Assembly: GCA_963740825.1 (NCBI GenBank)
Contig: CAVUFD010000001.1
Location: 1,665,543 to 1,729,542 of the forward strand
DNA: 64,000 nt
Source: an uncultured Chloroflexia bacterium
Lineage (GTDB): Bacteria; Chloroflexota; Limnocylindria; Limnocylindrales; CSP1-4
Direction of reading: 5' to 3'
Below the pieces are notes generated by a model. That model was given only the letters and a program-made list of their open reading frames with translations, had not been told where the DNA came from and did no database searches. How positions within the stretch are numbered: the stretch's first letter is position 1; each line of letters begins with the position of its first letter. Both the position numbers and the translations under genes were made by a program. Shown here piece after piece: positions 47,018 through 57,423 of this stretch.

Positions 47018-47455
47018 ATGGTCGACGACGCGCCGGCGGTCCGGCTGAGCTCCGAGCCCGGGGCCTCCCGTGGCGACATCGACGGGATCATGGACAGGAT
47101 CGACGCCTGGAACATGGAGGTGACGGGGGTCACCGAGTTCCACCAGGTCGCGATCTTCCTGCGCGACGATGTGGGCGCGATCCGAGGCGGCGTCACCGGT
47201 GGTGTGTGGGGCGGCTGGCTCCACGTCGTCGGGCTGTGGGTCGACGAGGCGTTACGGGGTCGCGGGCACGGCATCCGGCTGGTCCACGCGGCGGAAGACG
47301 AGGCCCGCGCCGTCGGGGCGCATGGTGCGTTCCTCGAGACCCACTGGTTCCAGGCGCCGGCGTTCTACCGGAAGCTCGGCTACGAGACGATCGCGGAGAT
47401 CGAGGACTACCCGCCCGGCGGGCCGCAGCTGGTCATGCGCAAGTCGCTCCGCTGA
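47018..47455 (+). CDS. GNAT family N-acetyltransferase
   Basis: VDEALRGRGHGIRLV acetyl-CoA-binding motif (R/Q-x-x-G-x-G/A). Confidence 0.75.
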   Translation: MVDDAPAVRLSSEPGASRGDIDGIMDRIDAWNMEVTGVTEFHQVAIFLRDDVGAIRGGVTGGVWGGWLHVVGLWVDEALRGRGHGIRLVHAAEDEARAVGAHGAFLETHWFQAPAFYRKLGYETIAEIEDYPPGGPQLVMRKSLR

Positions 47456-47541
47456 AGGTCGTCGCAAGTGGAACCCAGGTCACTGACATCGGCGGCGCCG
47501 CGACGCATGCTCCTGCCGTGACCACATCGGGCGTCCATGTC

Positions 47542-48954
47542 GTGCTGCCCGCGATCGGGTCCAAACGGTCCCCGGCGACCGGGCTCCGCGCCGACCCTGA
47601 TTGGGACGGCGACGCCGTCGATGCGCTGCGAGCGCGCGAGTACGCGCGGCTGGACGAGCTCGACCAGGTTTACCTCGACTACACGGGCGGCTCCCTGTAC
47701 GCGGACTCGCAGGTTCGCGAGCACCGGGACCTGCTCCACGCGGGCGTGTTCGGCAACCCGCACTCCACCAGCCCCGCCAGCGACGCGTCCACGCGCCTCG
47801 CGGAGTCTGCGCGCGCCGCCATCCTGCGGTTCCTGCGCGCGTCGCCCGACGAGTACGACGTCGTATTCACGGCCAACGCCAGCGCGGCGCTTCGGCTGGT
47901 TGGCGAGGCGTACCCGTTCCAGGCGGGCAGCCGCCTCCTCCTGACAACCGACAACCACAACTCCGTCAACGGCATCCGCGAGTTCGCGCGGGCCGCGGGG
48001 GGCGAGCTGACCTACCTCCCGCTGACCACCCCGGGCCTGCGCGTCGACGGTGCGTCGGTCGCGCGCGAGCTGGACCGGCTGCCCGTGGGCGTGCCCAGCC
48101 TGTTCGCCTATCCGGCGCAGTCGAACTACTCGGGGGTGCGCCATCCCCTGGCCTGGATCGGCGACGCGCAGCGGCGCGGCTGGGACGTCCTACTCGACGC
48201 CGCCGCGTTCGTGCCCGCCACGCCGCTCGACCTCTCCCGATGGCACCCCGACTTCGTCGCGATCTCCTGGTACAAGGTCTTCGGCTACCCCACCGGGATC
48301 GGCTCGCTCGTGGTCCGGCGCGACGCGCTGGCCCGGCTGCGCCGGCCGTGGTTCGCGGGCGGCACGATCGGCGTGGCCTCGGTCGTGCTGCCTCGGAACA
48401 CATGGGGCGAGGGACACATCGGGTTCGAGGACGGCACCATCGACTACCTGGGGCTGCCCGGCATCGAGATCGGGCTGCGCCACGTCGAATCGATCGGGCT
48501 CGACGCGATCCACCAACGGGTGCAGGCGCTCACCCGGCGCCTGTTGGCCGAGCTCCCGGCCCTGCGCCACCCGGATGGGTCGCCCGCGATCCGCCGCTAC
48601 GGGCCGGCCGACGACGCCGATCGCGGCGGCACGATCCCGTTCAACGTGCTCGACCGACGGGGGGACGTCGTCGGCTTCTGGGATGTCGAGGCGGCCGCCG
48701 ACGAGCAGCGGATCTCGATCCGCACGGGGTGCTTCTGCAATCCGGGGGCGAGCGAGACCGCCCGCGGGATCACGGCGTCGGACATGGCCCGCGTGTTCGC
48801 CCTTGGACACCAGCCGTCGGTCGAGGAGCTGCGGGCGCTGCTGCCGGGCAAGGCGCTGGGCGCCGTCCGGGTGTCGGTCGGCGTCGCGACGACGGAACGT
48901 GACATCGACCGGTTCCTCGCCTTCCTGGGGGCGTTCGCCGCGCAACGCGGCTGA
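47542..48954 (+). CDS. aminotransferase class V-fold PLP-dependent enzyme (MOCOS N-terminal/cysteine-desulfurase-like)
   Basis: YLDYTGGSLYADSQV...SWYKVFGYPTGIGSLVV (PLP-Lys region). GTG start chosen downstream of the GNAT stop. Start is uncertain. Confidence 0.7.
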   Translation: MLPAIGSKRSPATGLRADPDWDGDAVDALRAREYARLDELDQVYLDYTGGSLYADSQVREHRDLLHAGVFGNPHSTSPASDASTRLAESARAAILRFLRASPDEYDVVFTANASAALRLVGEAYPFQAGSRLLLTTDNHNSVNGIREFARAAGGELTYLPLTTPGLRVDGASVARELDRLPVGVPSLFAYPAQSNYSGVRHPLAWIGDAQRRGWDVLLDAAAFVPATPLDLSRWHPDFVAISWYKVFGYPTGIGSLVVRRDALARLRRPWFAGGTIGVASVVLPRNTWGEGHIGFEDGTIDYLGLPGIEIGLRHVESIGLDAIHQRVQALTRRLLAELPALRHPDGSPAIRRYGPADDADRGGTIPFNVLDRRGDVVGFWDVEAAADEQRISIRTGCFCNPGASETARGITASDMARVFALGHQPSVEELRALLPGKALGAVRVSVGVATTERDIDRFLAFLGAFAAQRG

Positions 48955-48970
48955 GACTGGCTCGCCCTCC

Positions 48971-49333
48971 CTACCCGGCCGTGACGAGGACCGTGTTGCC
49001 GTCGGGGTCGTCGACCAGGGCCATCCAGGCGTCGAAGTCGGTCCGGAACGGCGCCCGCCGGCCGCGATAGCCGGCCGCCGTGAGCTCCTCGTACTTGGCG
49101 TTCACCGCCTCGTCGCCGTCGACGAAGAACTCCAGCATCGTGCGTGCGCCGCCGTTCGGTTCGCGGCGGTCCGGGTCGTTCCGCACGAAGGTCGTGGTCA
49201 GGACGAGGTTGTGGCCGCCCCCGAGGTCAACGACGACGTCCTTCCGGTGGTCGACGTCGTCCGGAAATGCGACGCCGAGGCGCCGGTAGAACGCGACGGA
49301 TCGCGCCAGGTCCTCGATCAGCAGGACCACCAT
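48971..49333 (-). CDS. VOC family protein (glyoxalase fold)
   Basis: MVVLLIEDLARSVAFYRRLG...DPDGNTVLV. Confidence 0.7.
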   Translation of the reverse strand: MVVLLIEDLARSVAFYRRLGVAFPDDVDHRKDVVVDLGGGHNLVLTTTFVRNDPDRREPNGGARTMLEFFVDGDEAVNAKYEELTAAGYRGRRAPFRTDFDAWMALVDDPDGNTVLVTAG

Positions 49334-49363
49334 GGTGAACCGCGGCCTGCGCATCCATTCACC

Positions 49364-51265
49364 CTACTGCGCCGAACGGTGCGGCGCGCGACTCGGCGTC
49401 CGCCGTGGTTCCCGGCCCAGCCGCCACGCCGCGTACCAGGCGCCTGCGCCCAGCACGATCGCCGCGATCGCCGCCGGGACGGGCCACGGCTCGGGCAGGT
49501 ACAGCGCCGCGAACCAGAGCCGCGCCTCGGACCCGGTCGCATGCATCACCAAGGGCACGATGCCCTGGGGGAAGATCAGCAGCGCCCCCGTGACGAGGAG
49601 CACGTTGCGGAGGATCGATCTCGACCGCGAGAGGCTCGGCCGGTTGCGGGCGGCGGCGGCCCGGGCGGTCCGCCGCGCCGCCGGGCGCGCCCGGAGCCGC
49701 TCCAGCATCTCGGGCCCCGCCCGTTGGAGGCGCCACGCGCCAACCGAGCCGCCAAGCCACGCGCAGGCGACGCCGGTCGTGATCCCGACCAGGATCGCGA
49801 CCCCGGCCGGCTGGCCCTGCAGCAGCGGCACGACCGCCGGCACCGCCAGCAACGGCACGACCAGGCAGATCAGCACCCCGTGGAGCATGAGGTTGCCGCC
49901 GGTCGTCGGGTCGTCGCCGAGGTCCAGCGGGTCGCCACCACGTCGTTCGGGGAGCGGCGCCGGCGCGAACACCGCGAGCACGATCCCCAGGCCCGCCGCG
50001 CCACCCAGCAGCGCCGGCAGCACCGCCCAGACCCACGGCCAGGCCTCGCCATGCCCGCTGACGGCGGTCAGGACGACCGTCGCCACGATCCCGATCGTTC
50101 CCACGACCAAGAGCCATGCCGCCTGCCGAGCGCGGACGTCGAGGCGTTCGGTCCCGGGTGCCTGCACGGTGAGCCAGAAGGCCGTGCCGTCCATGCCGTA
50201 CACGTTCGCGAGCCCGACACCCGCCACGACCACGACGATCGCGCCGGCCCACGGCCACAGCACGGTCGAGCCGAGGATGGCCGGGAGGACGGCCAGCAGG
50301 ATCGCGCACCACACGGCCACCCGCAGCTCGAGCGTGCGCCGCGGGTGGCGGATCCAGGCCCGCAGCTCGCGCGAGACCGCGGCGCCGAACGGCGTCGCGG
50401 GCACGACGGCCCGCTCGAGCCGGGAGAACGGCACGCGGGAGGGCATCCCGGACGCCCGCCTGCCACCGCCGCCGGAGAGCTGGAGGCGTCGGGCCACGAG
50501 GGCCGACCAGGCCAGCACGAGCAGTCCGACGATCACGATCTGGCCGGTGATCGCGGCCACGGCGACCGTCCAGTCCGATCGCCCCGCGGCTTCGACCGCG
50601 ACCACGCCCCAGCCCGTCGGCAGGATCCGGGCGAGGTCGCCGATCGCGAACCCGCCGGCCGTCGCCAGGCCTCCGCCGCCGCCCTGCGCGGCGATGATGC
50701 CGATCGGCAGCCAGGCCATCGACAGGGCGACGATCAGCGCGTACTGGAGCGCCGCGGCCTCCAACCCGAGCCGGGATTCCATCGCCCGGCCCATCGCGCC
50801 GGCGAGCACCCGCGACAGCGTGATCACGAGCGCGAGCATCACGAGGACGGCAACGACCGCCATCACGACGGCCGGCGCCCCGAGTGACGCCGCAGGTACG
50901 AGCAGCGCGAGGAACGCCAGGGCAGAGACGAGCGGCAGGACGCCCACGGCGGCCGCCGCGAGCAGCCCGGACGCGAGCCGGCGCGGCCGGATCGCGAACA
51001 GGCGGAAGTGCTCGGGACGCAGCGGATCTCCGCCCGAGCCGCCGAGGACGTGGAGCATGACCCAGCCTGCCGCCCACAGGCCGAAGGCACCGGCAAGGAG
51101 GTCGAAGGCCCGCTCGACGTCGGACTCGCCGAGCACGGCCGAGAAGGTCCAGGCTGCGAGCAGGACCCCGATCGCGGCACCCGCCGAGAGCGTCGAGGCC
51201 TGGCTCCCGCGCCACGCGTGGCGCAGGGTCGCGAGCTTGAGCCGGATCAGGACGCCAACCACGCC
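49364..51265 (-). CDS. ABC transporter permease (large polytopic, ABC-2-like)
   Basis: More than 10 hydrophobic helices. Immediately downstream of the ABC ATPase, overlapping its end. Start is approximate (GTG, VVGVLIRLKLATL). Confidence 0.65.
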   Translation of the reverse strand, partial: GVVGVLIRLKLATLRHAWRGSQASTLSAGAAIGVLLAAWTFSAVLGESDVERAFDLLAGAFGLWAAGWVMLHVLGGSGGDPLRPEHFRLFAIRPRRLASGLLAAAAVGVLPLVSALAFLALLVPAASLGAPAVVMAVVAVLVMLALVITLSRVLAGAMGRAMESRLGLEAAALQYALIVALSMAWLPIGIIAAQGGGGGLATAGGFAIGDLARILPTGWGVVAVEAAGRSDWTVAVAAITGQIVIVGLLVLAWSALVARRLQLSGGGGRRASGMPSRVPFSRLERAVVPATPFGAAVSRELRAWIRHPRRTLELRVAVWCAILLAVLPAILGSTVLWPWAGAIVVVVAGVGLANVYGMDGTAFWLTVQAPGTERLDVRARQAAWLLVVGTIGIVATVVLTAVSGHGEAWPWVWAVLPALLGGAAGLGIVLAVFAPAPLPERRGGDPLDLGDDPTTGGNLMLHGVLICLVVPLLAVPAVVPLLQGQPAGVAILVGITTGVACAWLGGSVGAWRLQRAGPEMLERLRARPAARRTARAAAARNRPSLSRSRSILRNVLLVTGALLIFPQGIVPLVMHATGSEARLWFAALYLPEPWPVPAAIAAIVLGAGAWYAAWRLGREPRRTPSRAPHRSAQ

Positions 51266-52005
51266 AGCCCTTCGGTCCCGCCGATCTCGGCGCCGACGAG
51301 GTCGACGAACGCCGCCTCGAGCGAGCGTCCGCCCCGGACCTCGTCGACGGTGCCGGCCGCGCGCACACGACCATCCGAGATCACGGCCACGTGCGTGCAC
51401 ACCAGCTCCACGAGCGCCATGACGTGGCTCGAGAAGATGACCGTGCCTCCGGACGCGACGAACCGCCGCAGGATCGTGCGGACCGTCGATGCGGAAACGG
51501 GATCGACGCCCTCGAACGGCTCGTCGAGCACCAGCACCTTGGGCGCATGGATGAGCGCCGCCGCGAGGCCGATCTTCTTGCGCATGCCCGTCGAGTACTC
51601 GATGACGAGGGTGTCATCGGCGTCCGCGAGGCCGAGGACCTCGAGGAGCTCGGCCGCCCGGGCGGCCACGTCAGGCGGCGGCAGGCCACGCAGGAGCCCG
51701 GCGTAGGTGAGCAGCTCCTCCCCGGTGAGCCGCTCGGGGAGCATCAGCCCGTCGGGCAGGACGCCGAGCATGGCCTTGGCCCGCACCGGATCCGCCCACA
51801 CGTCGACGCCGAGGATCCGGGCGGTTCCGGCGTCGGGCCGCAACAGGCCGACGGCCATCGACAGGCTGGTGGTCTTGCCCGCACCGTTCGGCCCGACCAG
51901 GCCGTAGAACGAGCCGCGCGGGACGACGAGCTCGACGCCGTCCGCGGCGATGGTCGTGCCGAACGCCTTCGTGAGCCCGAGCATCTCGAGGGCTGGTTCG
52001 GTCAT
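51247..52005 (-). CDS. ABC transporter ATP-binding protein
   Basis: Walker A GPNGAGKTT, signature YSTGMRKK, Walker B VLVLDEPFEGVD. Confidence 0.9.
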   Translation of the reverse strand: MTEPALEMLGLTKAFGTTIAADGVELVVPRGSFYGLVGPNGAGKTTSLSMAVGLLRPDAGTARILGVDVWADPVRAKAMLGVLPDGLMLPERLTGEELLTYAGLLRGLPPPDVAARAAELLEVLGLADADDTLVIEYSTGMRKKIGLAAALIHAPKVLVLDEPFEGVDPVSASTVRTILRRFVASGGTVIFSSHVMALVELVCTHVAVISDGRVRAAGTVDEVRGGRSLEAAFVDLVGAEIGGTEGLAWLAS

Positions 52006-52137
52006 CCTTCGAGTCTGTCCCAAGGTGGGTGTCGAGCGCCTTGCCGCATGCGGTCGTGACCGTTGCAGCGACGAGAAAGGGCTTCCTCGGCGGTCAGATG
52101 GTTGACTACGCAACTATCTATCGCGTAGCATTCCGGC

Positions 52138-53301
52138 ATGCAGTTCGGAATCTTCAGCGTCGGCGACCTCACGCCTGACCCCGTGGCGGGTGGAACCATC
52201 AGCGAGCACGAGCGGATCGAGCAGATGCTCACGCTCGCCCTCACGGCGGAGTCCCTGGGCCTGGACGTGTTCGCCACCGGCGAGCACCACAACCCGCCGT
52301 TCGTCCCCTCTTCCCCGACCACCTTCATGGGCTACGTGGCGGCGAAGACCAGCCGGATCGTCCTGTCCACCGCGACGACGCTGATCACCACCAACGACCC
52401 CGTGAAGATCGCGGAGGACTACGCCTACCTCCAGCACCTTGCCGGCGGCCGCGTGGACCTGATGATGGGCCGCGGCAACACCGGTCCCGTCTACCCGTGG
52501 TTCGGCCAGGACATCCGCAACGGGATCCCGCTGGCGATCGAGAACTACGCCCTGCTGCATCGCCTGTGGCGCGAGGACGTGGTCGACTGGCAGGGCCGGT
52601 TCCGGACGCCGCTGACGGGCTTCACCAGCGTTCCCCGGCCGCTCGACGGGATCCCGCCGTTCGTGTGGCACGGCTCGATCCGGAGCCCCGAGATCGCCGA
52701 GCAGGCCGCCTACTACGGCGACGGGTTCTTCCACAACAACATCTTCTGGCCGTCCGACCACGTGCGGCGGATGGTCGATCTGTACCGACGGCGCTTCGAG
52801 CACTACGGCCACGGCCCGGCCCACCAGGCGATCGTGGGGCTTGGCGGGCAGGTGTTCATGCGCACCGACTCGCAGGCGGCCATCCGGGAGTTCCGCCCGT
52901 ACTTCGACCACGCGCCGGTCTACGGCGGCGGCCCGTCGCTCGAGGACTACATGGCGCAGACCCCACTGACCGTCGGCAGCCCGCAGCAGGTCATCGACCG
53001 CACGATGGGCTTCCGCGAGATCGTCGGCGACTACCAGCGCCAGCTGTTCCTGGTCGACCACGCCGGCCTGCCGCCGAGCGTGGCGCTCGAGCAGCTCGAG
53101 ATGCTGGGCACGCTCGTCGTACCTGTGCTGCGCCGTGAGTTCGCCGCCCTCAAGCCGGCGCACGTGCCGGAGGCACCGACGCACGCCAGCCTCAAGGCCG
53201 CGCGTGACGCTGCGACAGCCGACGGCGCGGTCCTGGATGGCGCCGGGCACGCGACCGCCGGCGATCCGGCGTCGGACGCGCAACCCGTCAACGTCCCATG
53301 A
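52138..53301 (+). CDS. LLM class flavin-dependent oxidoreductase (luciferase-like monooxygenase)
   Basis: MQFGIFSVGDL...GEHHNPPFVPSS. 387 aa. Followed by an FMN reductase gene with ATGA overlap. Confidence 0.85.
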   Translation: MQFGIFSVGDLTPDPVAGGTISEHERIEQMLTLALTAESLGLDVFATGEHHNPPFVPSSPTTFMGYVAAKTSRIVLSTATTLITTNDPVKIAEDYAYLQHLAGGRVDLMMGRGNTGPVYPWFGQDIRNGIPLAIENYALLHRLWREDVVDWQGRFRTPLTGFTSVPRPLDGIPPFVWHGSIRSPEIAEQAAYYGDGFFHNNIFWPSDHVRRMVDLYRRRFEHYGHGPAHQAIVGLGGQVFMRTDSQAAIREFRPYFDHAPVYGGGPSLEDYMAQTPLTVGSPQQVIDRTMGFREIVGDYQRQLFLVDHAGLPPSVALEQLEMLGTLVVPVLRREFAALKPAHVPEAPTHASLKAARDAATADGAVLDGAGHATAGDPASDAQPVNVP

Positions 53302-53942
53302 CCCAGCGACGACTGGTCGTCCTGTCCGCGGGGCTGGGCCAGCCGTCGTCGACGCGCCTGCTCGCCGACGGCCTCGCCGCGGCCACCGCGAGCGCCCTCG
53401 CCGACGCGGGCATCGAGAGCCGGATCGACGTCGTGGAGCTGCGCGACCATGCGCGGGCGCTGGTCGACCGCCTGCTGACAGGGTTCCCGAGCCCCGACCT
53501 GCGATCGACCATCGACGAGGTGCTCGCCGCCGACGGGCTCATCGCGGTGAGCCCGATCTTCAACGCCTCGTACAGCGGCCTGTTCAAGCTGTTCTTTGAC
53601 GTCCTCGAGCTCGACTCGCTGGACGGCGTCCCGGTCCTGGTCGCCGCGACGGGCGGCACCAGCCGGCACTCGCTCGCCCTGGACCACGCCCTCCGACCGC
53701 TGTTCGCCTACCTCGGGGCACTGGTAGTCCCGACCGGCGTCTTCGCGGCCGCCGAGGACTGGGGTCACGCGGACGACGATCGTTCCGCTCTCGGGGAGCG
53801 GATCCGACGTGCCGGCTCGGAGCTCGCGACCGCGATGGCGGCGATGCCGCGGCCGCCTGTGGTCAACCCGTTCGACGCCCCGCCCGACTTCGCCAGCCTC
53901 CTGGGTGAGGGCTCGGCGCCGAGGGCAGACCCGCCCACCTGA
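53298..53942 (+). CDS. NAD(P)H-dependent FMN reductase (MsuE/SsuE-like)
   Basis: RLVVLSAGLGQPSSTRLLA...AVSPIFNASYSGLFKLFFD flavodoxin-like reductase motifs. Confidence 0.85.
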   Translation: MTQRRLVVLSAGLGQPSSTRLLADGLAAATASALADAGIESRIDVVELRDHARALVDRLLTGFPSPDLRSTIDEVLAADGLIAVSPIFNASYSGLFKLFFDVLELDSLDGVPVLVAATGGTSRHSLALDHALRPLFAYLGALVVPTGVFAAAEDWGHADDDRSALGERIRRAGSELATAMAAMPRPPVVNPFDAPPDFASLLGEGSAPRADPPT

Positions 53943-54030
53943 CGCGGCGTTGCAACGTCCGTCAGCGACGCGCACGGCGCGTGCGCCTCGCGTCGGCCCC
54001 TACGGTGACCGCCTGTCAGGAGGTGCGCTC

Positions 54031-54672
54031 ATGCGACAAATCTCGGTCAGCAACAGCGTGACGCTCGATGGCGTGATGCAGGCTCCGGCCGCGCCCGACG
54101 AGGACCGGCGGGACGGATTCGAGCACGGCGGCTGGGCCATGCCGTACTTCGACCCGGTGATGGTCGAGGACGCGGGCGTGCAGATGTCTCGGCAGTCCAA
54201 CATCCTGCTGGGCCGCCGGACGTACGAGCACTTCGCGCGCGTCTGGCCCCACATGCCCGACGACAACCCGTTCACGAAGACGATCAACGACGCCCGCAAG
54301 CTCGTGGTCTCCAACAGCCTCTCCGAGCCGCTCGAGTGGAACAACTCCACCGTGCTGCGGGGCGAGGCCGAGGAGAGCGTGCGGGCGCTCAAGGCGGAGG
54401 ACGGTCCCGACCTCGTGATCCTCGGCAGCGGTGAGCTGATCCGCTCGCTGATCGCCCACGACCTGATCGACGAGTTCCGGCTCCTGATCCACCCGCTCGT
54501 GCTCGGCTCCGGGCGCCGGATGTTCGACGACGGGCTGCCGCTCACCCGGTTCAAGCTGGCGGACTCCAAGCCGACCACGACCGGCGTGATCATCGCCCGC
54601 TACCGCCTCACGCACGAAGTGCCGAAGGCGGACGGTGCGCAGCAGCCGCGGGAGGCCGTCGCCCAGCATTAG
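54031..54672 (+). CDS. dihydrofolate reductase family protein (RibD C-terminal domain, YwjB-like)
   Basis: MRQISVSNSVTLDGVMQAP...LVILGSGELIRSL...IHPLVLGSGRRMF. Same family as the N-domain of the cyclase fusion at 19925..21061. Confidence 0.8.
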   Translation: MRQISVSNSVTLDGVMQAPAAPDEDRRDGFEHGGWAMPYFDPVMVEDAGVQMSRQSNILLGRRTYEHFARVWPHMPDDNPFTKTINDARKLVVSNSLSEPLEWNNSTVLRGEAEESVRALKAEDGPDLVILGSGELIRSLIAHDLIDEFRLLIHPLVLGSGRRMFDDGLPLTRFKLADSKPTTTGVIIARYRLTHEVPKADGAQQPREAVAQH

Positions 54673-54880
54673 GTCGCGCGAGTCGCCAGGCGAGCCGGGC
54701 TCGACCTCCGGCACGGACGCGACGCTGGCGCTGATCGAGGATCGACGCTTCGGCGATGTGGGCGCGAGCGAAGGCGGCCTGTATTGACGCGATGCGACCA
54801 CAGGGGCCGAATATGCCGGTCCTCGAGACCATGGCCGTCCCGGCAGCGTAGAGTGGATCGCCTGCGGTGGATCGGACGAC

Positions 54881-57136
54881 ATGCCCGGACGCCCGCAGGT
54901 GGTCGCGAGGGTCCCGGGAGCAATGACGGAACGGCCGGCAGCGGGCGATGGAAACGTGCCGGGTGGGGGCGAATCCTCGCCCCCGGTTGAGCTCGTGCCA
55001 GAGTGGCTGGTCAATCTCGCGGCTCTCGGGTGGCGGGTGTTCGTCATCGCCGCGCTGATCGTGGCGCTGTGGCTCCTGGTCTCCGTCCTCTGGGTGACCG
55101 CCGCATCGATCCTGGTCGCGATCGTGATCGCCGCGTTCTTCGCCCCGTACGCGCTCCGCCTGCGCGCCCGCGGCCGATCCCGAACCGCAGCGGCAGCGAT
55201 CGTGTGGGTGGTCGCGCTTGCGATCGTCGGTGGCTCCCTGCTCCTGCTCGGGCTGGCCATGCTCCCCTACGTCGTCGAGCTGGTGCGCGAGCTCGAGGCC
55301 GGCGTGCAGCGAATCCAGGCCGACATCGCCGCGCTCAATCTCCCGCCGATCGTCGGGACGATCGTCCACGCCCTGGTGTCCGTCGTCCGCGACATCGGCG
55401 GCGGCTTCTCCGGACAGATTGTCGACTCGGCGGCCGGCGTCGTCACGGTTGCGATCCTGGCCGCCTTCCTCGTGTTCTTCTTCCTGCGCGACGGCGACAG
55501 GGCGTGGGTCTGGATCTTCCAGGCCGCGAGCGACCAGAAGCGCGAACGGATCACCGAGGCCGGCGACGACGCCCTGTGGCGCGTCGGCGGCTATCTCCGC
55601 GGGACCACGATCCTGTCCGCGGCGATCGGCATCACGGACTACGTGTTCATGACCGTGCTCGGCGTGCCGCTGGCGTTGCCGCTCGCAATGCTCGCGTTCT
55701 TCAGCGGGTATATCCCCTACTTCGGGGGCTTCGTCGCGACCGGGATCATCGTCCTCGTCACGTATGCGGCGCTCGGCATCGGTCCGGTGATCGCCCTGCT
55801 CGTCCTGATCGCGATCCGGAACGCGATCCTCGGGTACGGCGTCAGGCCGACGATCTACGGCAAGAGCGTGAACATCCACCCGGCGCTGGTGCTCATCGTG
55901 CTGCCCGCTGGTTATGAGCTGGCAGGCGTCATCGGCCTGTTCGCGGCGGTGCCGGTCGCCGCGATCGTGTTCGCCGTCGCGAATGCGACGATCGCGATCC
56001 TCGACCCGGGGCCGCGCCCCGAGCTCCCGGCACTCGTGCCGTCATGGTTGGACCGGGTGGCGGCCTGGAGCTGGCGGATCCTGGTCGCCGTCGGACTCGG
56101 CGGCCTGTTCGTGGGCGTCTTCATGGCCATGCCGCTGGTGGTGATCCCGGTCGCCTTGGCGACGATCCTCGCGGCCACCCTCGATCCGCTCGTCCTCAGA
56201 CTCATGCGCAACGGGCGATCGCGAACGGTTGCCTCGGCCATCGCTGTCGGTGGCGGGTTCCTGGCCGTCATCGCCATCCTCGCCATCACCGTCGTCGCTC
56301 TCGTGAGCCAGGCAGCGGACCTGAACATCGCGGCGGTCTCCGGCGCGGCATCAGCGAACGCCTCCGCCGGAGGCCATCTGAACCTGCTGACCCAAGCGAT
56401 CACCGGCGGCGGGGACATGCTGCGGTCGGCGATCGCCGGCGCGCAGGCGGTGGCCCAGCTCGGCGTGATCGTGATTCTCAGCGTTTTGGTCGCGTTCTAC
56501 TTCCTCGCCGACGGCGGCAAGCTCTGGGCCAAGATGCTCGATCGCGTCCGGCCGGACGTCGCTCCCGAGGTGAACGCGGCGGGCAGCCGGGCCTTCGAGG
56601 TGCTGGGCGGGTACATGATCGGCACGGGTGCGATCTCGTTCGTCGGAGCCGCCAGCCAGCTGGTGATCATGCTGGTGCTCGGGATCCCGTTGGCGCTGCC
56701 GGTGTTCGTCCTGTCGCTCTTCCTGTGCTTCATCCCCTACGTCGGGGGCTTCATCTCGACCGGGATCGCCTTCCTCATCACGATCGCGGTTGGATCGCCT
56801 GCCGACATCGCGATCATGGCCGTGTGGACCCTGGTGTTCAACATCGTGACGGGCAACATCGTCACGCCGCTGGTGTACGGGCGGATGGTCCACCTGCACC
56901 CGGCTGTTGTGCTCGTCGCGATTCCGGCCGGCGCCGCGATCGGTGGCATCCTCGGCATGTTCATCGTCGTGCCCGCGATGGCTGTCGTCGCCTCGACCTG
57001 GCGCACGGTCCTCGCGGTGATCGGCGTCCAGCGGCGGAGCGTCGCGCCCCCGGCGCCGACCCTGACGGGCGACATGCAGGCGCTCAATGCGCCCGATCCG
57101 CTGCCCCCGGAGGCTCCCGCGCCCGAGCCCGCCTGA
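54881..57136 (+). CDS. fused tandem AI-2E family transporter (two UPF0118/PerM-like modules in one polypeptide)
   Basis: 751 aa. Motif pairs repeated in each half: FFFLRDGDRAWVWIF / FYFLADGGKLWAKML and FFSGYIPYFGGFVATGI / LFLCFIPYVGGFISTGI. Confidence 0.75.
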   Translation: MPGRPQVVARVPGAMTERPAAGDGNVPGGGESSPPVELVPEWLVNLAALGWRVFVIAALIVALWLLVSVLWVTAASILVAIVIAAFFAPYALRLRARGRSRTAAAAIVWVVALAIVGGSLLLLGLAMLPYVVELVRELEAGVQRIQADIAALNLPPIVGTIVHALVSVVRDIGGGFSGQIVDSAAGVVTVAILAAFLVFFFLRDGDRAWVWIFQAASDQKRERITEAGDDALWRVGGYLRGTTILSAAIGITDYVFMTVLGVPLALPLAMLAFFSGYIPYFGGFVATGIIVLVTYAALGIGPVIALLVLIAIRNAILGYGVRPTIYGKSVNIHPALVLIVLPAGYELAGVIGLFAAVPVAAIVFAVANATIAILDPGPRPELPALVPSWLDRVAAWSWRILVAVGLGGLFVGVFMAMPLVVIPVALATILAATLDPLVLRLMRNGRSRTVASAIAVGGGFLAVIAILAITVVALVSQAADLNIAAVSGAASANASAGGHLNLLTQAITGGGDMLRSAIAGAQAVAQLGVIVILSVLVAFYFLADGGKLWAKMLDRVRPDVAPEVNAAGSRAFEVLGGYMIGTGAISFVGAASQLVIMLVLGIPLALPVFVLSLFLCFIPYVGGFISTGIAFLITIAVGSPADIAIMAVWTLVFNIVTGNIVTPLVYGRMVHLHPAVVLVAIPAGAAIGGILGMFIVVPAMAVVASTWRTVLAVIGVQRRSVAPPAPTLTGDMQALNAPDPLPPEAPAPEPA

Positions 57137-57231
57137 GGACAGGCGCTCGGGAACCGCCGTCCCCCGTTCGGCCGTATCGTCTGGCAGGGAACACCGTTCC
57201 CGGATCGACACGGCTCACCAGAGACATCGTC

Positions 57232-57423
57232 ATGCGCGCGTCCCGACTCGTCATCGCCCTGCTCGTCGCCCTCGTCGGCCTCGTCTGGATCGCCCAGGGG
57301 ACCGGCATCATCGGCGGGAGCGCGATGAGCGGGAGCTCGTTCTGGGCCATCGTCGGCCTCGTCCTGCTCGTGGTCGCCGCCGTCATCGCGGCGCGGGAGT
57401 GGCGGCTCTCGACCAGCCGCTGA
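57232..57423 (+). CDS. small membrane protein (63 aa, 2 TM)
   Basis: MRASRLVIALLVALVGLVWIAQG...FWAIVGLVLLVVAAVIAAREW. ATG start. Confidence 0.35.
   Translation: MRASRLVIALLVALVGLVWIAQGTGIIGGSAMSGSSFWAIVGLVLLVVAAVIAAREWRLSTSR

Noticed and set aside
48050-50887. 945-aa plus-strand ORF across the aminotransferase, VOC and ABC permease region
   Set aside because: Alternative frame of real genes. Extreme Arg/Pro/Gly content.
57137-57231. Short hairpin GGGAAC-ACC-GTTCCC after the AI-2E gene as a terminator
   Set aside because: 6-bp stem, no T-tract. Could equally be a regulatory site. Insufficient evidence to call a terminator.
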